From Fimbriosthenelais zetlandica (lineage: Eukaryota), in contig OZ365109.1 in the NCBI GenBank assembly GCA_977030845.1, positions 56,792,001 through 56,856,000 on the forward strand: a DNA stretch of 64,000 bases. The letters are read 5' to 3'. Positions 25,171-36,115 of this stretch are shown piece after piece. Numbering within the stretch: position 1 is the stretch's first letter; every line of letters starts with the position of its first letter. The position numbers and the translations under genes were made by a program. The notes under the pieces were generated by a model. It ran no database searches, was not told the DNA's origin, and was given only the letters and a program-made list of their open reading frames with translations.

Positions 25171-27457
25171 ATATTTTTGACATTTTAATGTGGGACTTTT
25201 ATATTTGACTAACATTTGTATCAATCATTCAGATTAAGCTAAGAGGTATTGTGTCTTGAATGGTGGAAAATTACTTTCCCAATAGTTGCAGGTTTCAGTC
25301 CGCTCGGTGGTTGTCATGGTGCCACGTTATGTCACACGCTCAGTTGACCTCCTAAAAATGATCTCCAGACCTAGAGGGGATGGTACCTTTGTCATCCCAT
25401 AACTTACTGATACTCATAGAGGCAAAAGAAAAGTACTTTATACTTTCACGATGCCTCTTTACAGCAATCATATGATGGGTCATCAATTAATGAATGTGTG
25501 GAAACCAACATTATTCTGCCAGGGAACATTCCTGAGAACCATTATTTAAAAAAGATTAGCTGTATTTGCCCATGCAAGGTAGGGCCTACTAGCTGTTGTT
25601 ATAAACGTTTGGAGCCTATCCTTTAATGACCTTTTAGCAATTCTCTAATATGTTTCTACATAGGCCTAAAAGATGCATATGGAAACGCTGCTTATCATGG
25701 ACAACCATGAAATAGATGGACATGAAAAGGGTTTCAACAACGTTATTCTTTCACGACGACTTCATGGTTGATTTTGGCCCTAGAATTTATTTTAAAACAA
25801 GCCTTTGGAGACATGAAGTTGAATCAGCCCTTCTGTTCATACTTTCTATAATCCTGTCATAATTTGTCATCCCGCCAACCTCAGCCTGCATCATTCACCA
25901 GCACAGACGTGACATTCATATTAACAAAAACAGTGAATAGCTTCAGTTCCATGTGAATGACTAGTCAGCTATGTGAAGCGTAAATGACAACCTCCGGACA
26001 TGATCTGATTCAATTATAATCTTGGTCGGGAAACTGGAAAACAACGGCAGCCAATCAGCTCGCTGGGTCTGCTAGCCACATGACATGGCCCATCTCCTCT
26101 AAACAATAACTCAGAATGAGGCCAAAAAGACCAAAAAGTTTCCGTTTATACCTACTTCCGGTTATACAATAACTAAGCCCAAAAATTATCCCCATATTTT
26201 GTTCGAATAAAGATTGACAGCCAATTAATATTGTGCGTTTTCTTAATAAAAGTTAATTCCTGTCGAGAAAAAAATTGGCATAATTTGTTCCCCTCTAACT
26301 TCATTTGCTTAATTCACAGCACCTTTTGAGGTTCTTTCATCTGGCAAGTGTTGGAAGGATAGTAAAGATGATGTCGGTTTCCATCCCAGCCAGATTCGAT
26401 TGCAATTGAAGGCCTGAATCAAGAATTTGGGGAAATATTCTTAATATTTTCTCGCATTTTTGTTGGTTAATGTCCTAAACATAGGCCTAGGCCAGTATTG
26501 GGCCTAAGCATAAACAAAGACTTTCATTGTTTCGGCCTATAAAGATTTAGCATAATGATGGATGGAATTCCGGAGCACCTCATTGCTAGGGCCGCTAACC
26601 TCGCCAGTCAGTAGCCGAGATGACTGCTTAAAAAATTCACAGCATTAGGGTGATTATGGCGCGTCAAGGACAATAGAGGCACGGGTGGTGACATCACAGA
26701 GGTCATTACCCCTGGCCCTCCCGCGAGAGAGGACCGACCACAGGGGCAGGTCCTCCAGGACGGCTTATCATGTTAACTCCTGCAACCAGGAGAGTTACAG
26801 GATGATGTATGGAAACACACTGGCAAGGACGTTGTCTATGTCCAAAGAATATTTACTTGCCCCTAAGCTTGCCCGAAGGCTTAGGCCTAGGCATAGGCCT
26901 AAATAAAAGTCGAATTGGGCATATATAGGCCTCAGTAGGTTATATTAGGACCAGGTTTATAGGCCCTATAGAGCTGATCAATAGGCCTATCAAGTTTTAT
27001 TTAGCGATAAGAAATTTGATTTGCTCCTTGTCCTTGAAATAAGATAGAGGCTAGATCTTCATAAATCAAGCCTCCAAGGTTTATCAAAGAGACGCTGGAG
27101 AAGACCCTTTAAAAAGGTCGGCCTAGGCCTATGCTAAGGCCATGACCCCGGGCCCTGACCAGTGTTTACAATGGCTGAATATGCTTAAAACCTTCATTAT
27201 TCTTAATTTATCGCCATCTCGATCTCAATTTCCACAGAATTAATTTCTTAAACGCAAAACGAATCTCGGCCCCTAGCTGTTTATATGATGATAAGATATT
27301 AATGGAGGGATGCCTTTTTGGCACAGAGGCGGACTAGCCTGCTATCAGTGAGGTGCCAAACGGGCCTGAGTATCAATAGGAAGTAAAACGGTGGAAATTC
27401 ATTATCTTGTACTCTTTAGGAATTCATCCAAGTGGAGAGTCCACTGTCATTTAATCC

Positions 27458-27597
27458 GGAAAGTTCCCGCCCACTGTTGTCCCAGGCATAGGGAAAGCCC
27501 CAGAAACGTCATGACCTCATACTGACGTGCTATCGTTATGACGTTGTCACAACTCGCCACACGCATGCGTGTCAGTGGCGTGATGAACTACTTCCGG
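27458..27597. promoter_or_regulatory. Enhancer/promoter-like motif cluster (kappaB-like x2, CRE half-sites x2, NRF1-like palindrome, ETS)
   Basis: GGAAAGTTCCC at 27458, GGGAAAGCCCC at 27491, TGACGT at 27523 and 27539, ACACGCATGCGTGT at 27559-27572 and ACTTCCGG at 27590. Confidence 0.4.
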
Positions 27598-30500
27598 GGG
27601 CCACCTAACACGCCCATTAGCAGAACAAATACCAACGGGGATTACCGTCCCCACGGGCGATAAGCCCACCACTAATCCACGCCCAGAAATTATATGATAA
27701 ATCTCTGCATCTCACAGACGTGCTCCGCAGCGAGCGATCATCCGTGAGTCTTTTTGTCTCAGTCTCTAGATGATTCAGAGTTGCTGGAACCCTGCTGCCA
27801 ATTACTGGTCCCTCGGACAAATGCTAATTCCAATTAGCAGCCATGGTGTGAGGCCCTGCCGTGTACTCCTAATAAGGAGGCGTCAAATCTAGCGTGGCAA
27901 AAAGGACATTTTTGTCGCGCTAGATGGCGCGTATCTGACACCCAGCCTTTCTGTAAAGAGCGTTAGTTTTAACACTGCTCGTGTTCATGTTTCATAGACG
28001 GTAACGAGCCCAATAAACACCTATAAAAGTCGCGGATCTAATTGATCAGACGATCAGGATCCGGAGGAATTTAGGCAGGTAGTTCACTTTTCACTGAAAA
28101 CTGAAGAGAAGTTTCTTTAGTAATCTTGATATAGGCCCTATAATCAGCGCCATAGACTTTTCAAACCGGAAGTGCTCTCTGAGAGGTATTCTTTTTAACA
28201 AGGCATGCCTATACGTGCGTTTGACGATTCGGCGCCTGCAGTGATCTTCATACTTCAGGATGCCGTTTTAATCAAAATCTAATATTTTGAATGATTTTGG
28301 AAATATTGAACTACACATGTAGGGCCTACATGTAGGCCTAGACCTACTGAAATAATCCTACATTCAGGTCTAAGTTAAGCTATACCTGCCTAAGCCTATT
28401 GCTGATAGTTCACTTTGTTTTCCCATTACAGCTCGGTCATGTTTCGTGGTGAGTACCACTACAGATGTCCTTACCCATATACTACTCACATCATTCTGTT
28501 CGAATTCAAAATAATATGAGGTCGTACAGTTCCACTTTAAAAGCAATTGTAACGTTTTGTTCATCTTCTGCTTAGATAAGATGACTTTCAAAGGCATTCA
28601 GGGCAGCTCTTAGCAGGATGGATGTACCAACAGACATTTAATAATCACTACTCCACAGGTAGAGGGTGTAGAAAACACTCATCACCCCAGGGCCACCAGG
28701 CCAATATCCCATGAGAGTTTTTAGCATCTACAGCATAGGGAAACGTAGGGGGAAAGTAATGTTTCACAGCATAAGACCCGCTGGAGGAAGGCACTGTTGA
28801 AAATGAGAAATCACACCTTTAATTATAAAGAGGTGAGGGGTTTGTCTGGATACATGACTATAGAGCTGTTTAATTTTCCCATCGGAGTAATCCCCGGGGG
28901 CTGTAATTTATTTTAGAAAATGTACGAAATTAGGCTATGGAATAACATGCGTCTTTGCGATGAAACATACAGGTCCTGCCTTAATGGCACAGGTAATTAA
29001 TAAAGAGGTTATGCCTGCTGTGGTTCATATAAATGTGGCTTAGTTTAGATTAATTTTTGTGATTTAATTGATTTCCAAAAAGTATACAGTAGAATAGGCA
29101 TGAATCAAGAACATACGTCTGGTATATGATATTGGGCTTTTTCCTTCGGGTGATCATGCTGAGATGTGTTTACAGAGCAATAGTAATGGCCCCTGAGGAA
29201 AAAGCTTCGGAAGGTCTCCAATATCCATGGCAGCCTCATTGCCTGTCGAGCAAAATCCATTATAATTGTGGTAATTGCCTGGGTTGTGCTGTGTTGATAT
29301 TTCATATTGCAGACAAGGTACCCAGGGGCTTTTCACCTGGGCTCAGGCATATACAATGAGTGGAGGAGTGGGGAGTTCAATCCCGGCCAGCTGCTGGGAG
29401 GTGATAAGATGAGAGTTCCCACCACCCAGGGATCATACAAGATCACAGATCCATCTCTAACAGGCGAGTTGCTCAATTTCCAGCTGCTCGAAAACATCCA
29501 GAGGCAAAGTGGTCACTCTGGGAGATGATTAATATCAAGAGGGAACCACAATGTTGGTAATTGAACTGTCTGTCACCAGAAAAGCAATAGGATAGAAATT
29601 CCTGGCTTGATGGTGAATGAAAAACGTTCAGGAAGGCTTTGTAAAATATAAATCTATTGGGAATATGCTGGCGAATTGTGATTACCAGTATCATAAAGGG
29701 TTTGATATTACAGGATGTGGGAGTAAATTCCACCAATAACAAGGGCAATGTAGTTTCCAGAGACATTCATTGGGAATGTAAATCTTTCCAAATGGCAGTC
29801 AAAGTGTGATGTTTAGGTTTAAGTGTATCGATGATAGCGCACATCGGGTTTTGATTGAAGCCTAAGGGGGCCTGTGAGAAAAATATTCATGATGTTTTTA
29901 TAGGCAGGTGGCTCGATGAACATTTCGTGGGAAATGAGCCAACTGTTTGTATTCACCCGAAGCATATCTTACAAAACCATTGCTTTCGGTCCCTCAGTAA
30001 AGTATTCCTTTTGTACGTTCAATCCGTTTTTGGATTCATCTATACATGTATGTACATCAAACTTTCGGCCATTGCAAAACCAACTGTCGTCTATGTAAAC
30101 TGAATGGGCTGCAGTTGGTTTTGGCAGTGGGCCTTGTGCCCAATAAGTTACAATCACTACCATTTCATGAATGTATTAATATTGATGGATTCTCTGTAAT
30201 TGCGTTTTCAAGCAATCGATTATAACTTAGATGTGGGGGAATGGTTTTATGCAAGTCTATGGTTCTCTTTTGAACTGCGATGTAACATCCACGAGTAAAA
30301 GGGGAAGAGCTTGCGGCTGGGAAAAGAGCATCTGCCATTCAACATCATGGGAATTTTGCAGACAGATAAGCAGAGTATCTTAGTAAGTCTGTGAATGTTA
30401 GCAACACTGTGTGAAGTAAATTGCAAAGGTTCGAGAGCAAATACATGCATGCTTTAGAGTTCTCTGATCCCAACAATAACTCTGTTCCCTCAGCCATTGT

Positions 30501-33500
30501 GCCTTTGTTTTTGTGGTGTATTCAATTCCAAAGGATGCATAGCAAAACGATGTAGCCACTTGACAAGTTGATCCTCTTATATGGCACCTCTATTATAGGT
30601 CATACAACATGCATTACATAAGAAACATATAAATTCCACACATTTATATACATGGCCAGAATGGGACAGTTCAGAAATGGCTGCAAAATAAGGGTATCTC
30701 CAAAGTTCTATATGGTATCCCTGCATGACCATCATAAACAAATTCAACAACATTAATTTTCTATTTAGTTCTTAATAGTTATAATGCTGGAGATGAGAAT
30801 GTAAGTAGAGGGTATGGCTGAAACATTTCATCCCATTTCGCAGATTCATGCTTCCCAAGGGTCGTCTGATTGTAATTTATAACCTTTGTCTGCATGCAAA
30901 TTAATCTGATTATATTCCAAACAGTTTCAATGCAATTTCCTAATGTGGCATCTGAAGACATTATTTTGTCCTTGTGGGTGATGTTTTAGATCAAGATAAA
31001 TTTGATTTTAAATAACATGTTCTACGCCAGTCAGGAAGGGATGGCATCTCTTGTGCGTTAGTGCAATATGTCAAAGTGACATGAAGGTGAGGATGATTCT
31101 ATTCAGCATGATCTATATGGCGTCTTTGTGGTACATACTTAAAGTTTATGGACATACTCAATGTCTCAATAACCATCTGAGCCCACACAAGTGTGCCACA
31201 CACAGCCAGCGCTCCCATTTAATGCACCATTTAGTCCTGGGGGCAAGAACTGAATGACCCACTCTATTTGTCCTTGGATCCTCTGCTAAAGCCTTTTTAA
31301 AGCCTACGTTTGACGCCTCTGCACGAGAGTAGTACTTTAATGTTCTCCCAAGCTTTGTTTCTTCAATCCATCAAATGGACCTGGCTGGCTGGTCAGAACC
31401 ATGTAGGGTCACCAGATGGCCAGACCTTTAGGGGAATTTCGAGGACCACTTCAGGCAAATAAAGTTACCCCCTATTGCTCCCCACCCAAAGAGGGGCCCA
31501 TAGCCCACAGCATGTTCTCCGTAGTACAATGGTGGTCGTCAGATGGAAACAAAGGATACTTAATCACTCCGACAGCCCTTGGTCAGGAATTCAAGATTCA
31601 GGCAGGGACATGCAAGCTAGCTGGGCAAGAGATTATTATTCAGGTAATTTGCAACTCCCGCAAATTTGCAAGGTCATTGCATGCAGATGTCGGCAGCTCG
31701 AAATTCAATCATGTAAAGAGTGCTTTGGATGACCCCAAGAAATTAATCTAAATGTCAGTAATGCTTATCTCTGGCTGCAAACAGCTCTCCTTTTAACTAG
31801 GAAATCAGGAACGACCCCAGAGTCCCTTCCTTTTGAAATAAAAGTAGTACTGCCTTTTCTAGGCCCATATGACTTTGAAATCAACACATATTTCGTTCTA
31901 GGATATTCGGTATGCAAATTCAGAGTGAAAAATATTCATTCTTGCAATTTTTAATACCGTATACATTTATTCTGTAAAGCATGTCAAGAACACGGAGTTC
32001 CGAGCCAATTTTCCTAGTCAAACTTGAATCTTTTACGATGGTAGTAAATCAATACAGTATCGTTAACGTTTAGGTTTCTTTGAGTGAAAAAGAACCGGTA
32101 CCTAATATATTTCAAGATACAGTTCAAACATGTTTCAAACTGTTGCAATATAGATATATCTAGCAGTCAAATGCTATTTACACCCATGTATCTATCATCC
32201 AAGCAACGGTAGTTGAAAGAATGCCCACCTTGCTTTGATTAAAGAGTATACCCCCTAGGTCGACCACCGAGTTTGTGCCATCCCTGGCGAGCTACCACAC
32301 TGGGAGCATGGAAATATTAGACGTTAACAACAGCAGTGCGACACCGGAACACCTTCTGCTTCCGGGGGGAACACATTCCCTGCACACCGCATGGGAGGTC
32401 AGCGTCCGAGAGATGGAGTTGGGCGGTGACGATCGGCGATAGAGGCTCGTGGTATCAATCATAAAGCCCATATTCCTGACCCCTGAAAGATATTAATGCG
32501 ACCCGTCAATGAAGATGATAGGAAGGGATGTATCTGCATATTTGTTTGATTCATGTTATAATTATATGTATCTTGATACCTGCAGTAATGCCCTGAAGCT
32601 GTCCGGAATGCCTTTGATTCCTGCTCAATCGACTCAAGAGCTACTCAAGGACGTACCAAAAAATCACACATAAAGGTCACGACAACATCCTATACCCTCA
32701 ATCGTAAATGTATTGCCCCGAATGAAAGCATCGAAGATTTCTTCAGTAGGTTCAGAATGAATATATCTATAAACATTGTCTCGAATAGTCATTTTAGGAA
32801 AGAAATCGAGGCGTAAGAATCCAAATCTAAGTATCAGTTGATAAAATGCTATTATTACTCGAAAGTTAAAATGTCTTTAAAAATCCGTTTCAACTGCCTT
32901 AATTAACTTGTCGGTAATTTGAAATGATGGCAAACTTGGAACATTGCAATCTGTGGAGGTTTATATTTATGATCCAAAGACGAAGCCCAAAAAGGAAAAC
33001 TTGTACTAAGTTGTATTCACAACTGTACTTTTCCTGGTGCAACTCAAAAGATATGTACATGTACCGGTAGTGAATGTAGTCAATGAAAAAACTTGTGTGA
33101 ATGAACCTTCTGGTGATAAATGCAGTTGTAAGTGGAACAGAGACTGTAAACAGGCTACAAGCGACGTACAAATGGAAGCTGGATCATCTCTAGGCCTTGT
33201 ACCTTAACACATGGGACCTATAGGTGACTACTTCAAAGACTCGCTCCCTCCTACTGAGCGATAGCTCAGAACATGTTGGCGAGAGGAGCAACCCGACATG
33301 CTCACAGATACATGAGAACTAACACCAGCAGAGTCTCTATACTCTATATTTTCCTTCTTAATAGAACTGTCTAAAATATTAAAACTTGATGTTAATGATT
33401 CATGTACATGTATCTGGTCCATGAACTAAATTTAAATGTATTGTACATAGGTAATATATAGCTAATGATTAATTAGTTCACAGCTAAGGTAATGGAGCTT

Positions 33501-34246
33501 TCTGTTGAAACAACTACAGAAGGTAGGCCGAGCTTGTATTGCCAAAGACAAGCTTGATATCTCTCCTGTCTCTATATAGTGCCTTATCAGACATTTTCTT
33601 TAGAAGAAAGCTGTATAGTGTTTCCTGTCGGTAAGGCTTCACAAGTTCTTATCACCTTCATTAGAGACAGCAGGCCTGGGGCGAGAGCAAGGTGTTAACA
33701 GATAGGACACCTGAGTACTATAACAGGTACATTTAAGACATAGCAGTCTCGCTAACGGCATCATGGCGGCATAACCATCATCCCATCAGAGGATTCACAT
33801 ATCCTTTTTGCCCCAATGACAAGGACATTGCAAAACCGCATATTGCTTATAGACAGATCTTTTGTGGTTTCTCTGCGCAAATAATTTTAATAGAGAGTTC
33901 AACTAAGAACATTTAGCTCGAGATAAATGGCTATGAAGAAAAAATGAATATTAAATACGAAAATAAAAAATGGATGTCGCCTCTAATATATACGTAGCTG
34001 CCTAGCTGTTTCTGATAACACTTTGGGGTCATGTTTAAAGCAAGCTGACTTGGGCTGTCAAGTGGGAAACAGATCCATGACTAGAAGGCATCGTGTGGCA
34101 GGGAAGGGTTGAGTGATAATAATGTAACATGGTCTTATCTCTACGACTTTTACCCCCAACTTCAGCTGATGTAAACAATGCAAGGACCTTGAAATCTAAT
34201 CCATTGAGATTTTGGTGCAAACTTTACTTCCATTCCCATTAGAAAT

Positions 34247-34337
34247 CATCCTCCCCGGCAGGTCTTATACTCCGCTTACTCTCCGTTATAGAGCAGATCG
34301 GAGAACTCGGAGTGGAATGCGCTGCAGGGGGAGGATG
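34247..34337. mobile_element. 91-bp hairpin mini-MITE with a 9-bp TSD (Mutator/MULE-like)
   Basis: ATTAGAAAT is duplicated at 34238-34246 and 34338-34346. TIRs are CATCCTCCCCGGCAG / CTGCAGGGGGAGGATG, with an inner stem ACTCCG..TCTCCG / CGGAGA..CGGAGT. Confidence 0.75.
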
Positions 34338-34360
34338 ATTAGAAATTAGCTTGCTTGCTA

Positions 34361-36115
34361 CACTGCAAATCCACTGAACACCTAACGCGTTTAGAAACGA
34401 AACAGGGGCATTTATAATTGAAGAAATGTGTTTTTAAACTAAACATTATGTTTAAATGCAATGTTTAGGTGTCAGGTGTTTAGGCCTATATCCCCACATA
34501 GAGAGGACCAATGCCCCACACACAGCTTTTTATAATGGAAATTAAACACTGATGTTTATTATTGAGTGACTTCAATATAAACATGCCATTTATAACTCGG
34601 CCTCTTGCACATGCGCACTAGATGACTTCCGGGGAGAGTTTACCAGTTCATGGAGTAGCCATTGAGTAGCCAACAAGTAAGTCAATTTTACCACAATTTT
34701 CTGATTTTCAGGCCTTGTAAGGCCACGACTGTTCAATTAGAGAGGGGGTCGCGATCATGGGACCATATGCAGGAGTGAGAGACAAGTGACGCCGTGTGGA
34801 AAGGCAAACTAAGGTCCCTGCACATGATTGGGGTTCCATGATTACATGATCGCGACATCCTCTAAGTCTAATTGAATAACATGTGACGCTTTTTAAGGAA
34901 AAGATACTATTACCACTATTTATGCCGATCTAGAAACGTCAAGATTGGTTAAAAAACTTCCTGGTTGTGGTGGATTCATACATGGTAAATTTAATAAACC
35001 TGGAAATAATAATTTAAATTGCCCGATCACTTTCAAAACAATGTGTATACATAAACACTACACGTTAAGCTATGTAAACACCATGTTTACCAGTGTATCA
35101 GATTAAGATATTTCCTACAGAAATAAGTGCTATCTTTTGTAGGTAATTTAGAAATGGTGGCTATTTAATCATTTTTAGCACTGATCCATCAATAAACATT
35201 TATTTATTTCTGCAGGAACTTCCCGAAGAAAATTTCAACGGGAAACATGATGTGTTGCTGCCGTCAGCCTTTTTCAGCATGCTTGGGGTACTGTATAGAG
35301 ACCAGTTGAATTTGATCAGCGGATTAATTCATTAAATTCATTAATTCCTAAAATAATATTATGTGTAGGATATGGATATGTGTGTCCTCATTAGACATGG
35401 CTGCACTGTAACTTTGAATAATTGTTTCAAATTGTGTTAAAATATGGGGACCTCTCAACAGACTTTGAAAAATGAGACTTTTTCAAAGTGCGTTATTTAT
35501 GTAAAAGTCTAATACCCTTTGAAAAAGTAATATTTTTTCAAAATTTTCTACGCTTGTAACAACCAGCTTTGAAAAAATTACTCACATTGAAAAAAGTATT
35601 TCATAATTAATATATGCGGCAACCTCAACGCACTTTGGAGAAATATTTCAAAGTGTGTTAAAATATGGGTCCACCTCAACACACTTAGAATTCTTTTTTA
35701 AAGTCTGTTCAAATATGGGGCCACCTCAACGCACTTTGAAAAAAGTCCTTTTTTCAGATACAATTTTGTTGTCTTAATTAATTTTTATTCAAAACTTGCA
35801 TTGCTTTTTAATATCATATGTCAGCTTTCATTGTAACTTTGTCAAAGACCCAAATCCTAAACACCAGTGTTCATAATGTTCATGATAAACACTCTCGGGT
35901 GTTAACCGTTACAGTTAATAAACATGTCAATACGTTTTTAAACTAAACGTGTCGGTGTTTTTTTGTAAACATGTTGGTGTTTTCTGCAAAAACATCTAGT
36001 GCGTTTATCTCACTAAACGATAGTTAAACATGGTGTTTATCTCTAAACGCGTTAAAGTGTTTACTAACCGTTACAGATATAAGTGTTCACAACCTAAACA
36101 CTTGGACTTACAGTG
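34361..36115. mobile_element. TA-flanked CACTG...CAGTG element (CMC/EnSpm-like, non-autonomous, 1755 bp) with nested repeats
   Basis: TA|CACTGCAAATCCA matches the reverse complement of the right end, TA|CACTGTAAGTCCA. The subterminal TAACGCGTTTAGA at 34383-34395 is perfectly inverted at 36042-36054. AAACAC/GTGTTT motifs occur at both ends. Internal repeats AAATATGGGGCCACCTCAACGCACTTTG lie at 35430-35750. Confidence 0.65.
34731..34877. mobile_element. About 150-bp MITE nested in the CACTG element
   Basis: TTCAATTAGA...GTCGCGATCATG at the left is inverted as CATGATCGCGAC...TCTAATTGAA at the right. Confidence 0.6.

Noticed and set aside
30150-32450. LINE endonuclease-like snippets (NIDGFSV..CGGMVL near 30170; SGVALLL near 32330 on the minus strand)
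   Set aside because: Too short and interrupted to support a call without a search.
35430-35750. CRISPR-like repeat-spacer array
   Set aside because: The repeats are degenerate and irregularly spaced, lie inside a eukaryotic DNA-transposon remnant, and there are no cas genes.
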